In this document: positions 63,685 to 64,000 of the stretch, piece by piece
How the letters are laid out: every line of letters begins with the position of its first letter
Numbering within the stretch: position 1 is the first letter of the stretch
Assembly: GCF_009914755.1 (NCBI RefSeq)
Contig: NC_060925.1
Source: the human T2T-CHM13v2.0 reference genome, Homo sapiens
Length of the DNA stretch: 64,000 nucleotides
Direction: 5' to 3' (one strand)
Position numbers and translations under genes: made by a program
The notes under the pieces: model-generated
Seen by the model: only the letters and a program-made list of their open reading frames with translations
The model's database searches: none
What the model was told of the DNA's origin: nothing

Positions 63685-64000
63685 AGACCTTAAATTCTGA
63701 TGGGTTTTTTTTACTTGTGGAAGTGGCCCCCCGACTCCCAGCAAAAGTAGCATCCCACCCAGTGAAAAGTGGCCTTTTCCCTTCACTCTGAGAAGATTAC
63801 TTTACATTGCCTGAGGAAACAGTAATAGTCTCTGCTGAGGCAGACACCATACAAGACAATGCTGATTCTCTTCAGATCCAGCATTGGATCACCCCTCTTT
63901 GTTCTAGTCCTATAATGAGACTCAAGTCCCGGTAGACCCCTAAAGATGAGGTACAAAGCACCATGCATGAGGTAATGTGCTACATTTCAAAATAACTAGT
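63685..64000 (+). mobile_element. ERVL internal (gag-region) fragment, degenerate
   Basis: aaattctgatg...cattgcctgaggaaacagtaat...caagacaatgctgattctc...agactcaagtccc...gacccctaaag..gaggtacaaag, as in HERVL/ERVL-int. Confidence 0.7.

Overview
Primate (human-like) non-coding genomic DNA, dominated by interspersed repeats: about 30 Alu copies or fragments, a 5'-truncated L1PA, old L1M/L2/MIR fossils, at least ten solo LTRs (several with intact target-site duplications, TSDs) and DNA-transposon relics. No protein-coding gene can be supported. The ORF-track hits are L1 ORF2 remnants, Alu/LTR-derived frames or chance. Repeat subfamily names are from memory of consensus sequences, not from a search. 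Unique sequence includes a CpG-island-like element at ~36.7-37.4 kb, two strong CTCF motifs in divergent orientation, and RFX and AP-1 motif sites. The most unusual structure is a cluster of three local non-tandem duplications of unique DNA within ~11 kb. (1) A 113-bp inverted copy of part of the CpG-rich element sits inside an MLT2 LTR. (2) A 295-bp direct copy of an RFX-motif-bearing segment sits inside a MIR, with microhomology at both junctions. (3) An older ~265-bp direct copy was later split by an Alu. Smaller fold-back/template-switch scars occur elsewhere. I see no evidence of a new gene system; the best lead is a possible hotspot of templated insertion that copies regulatory DNA.
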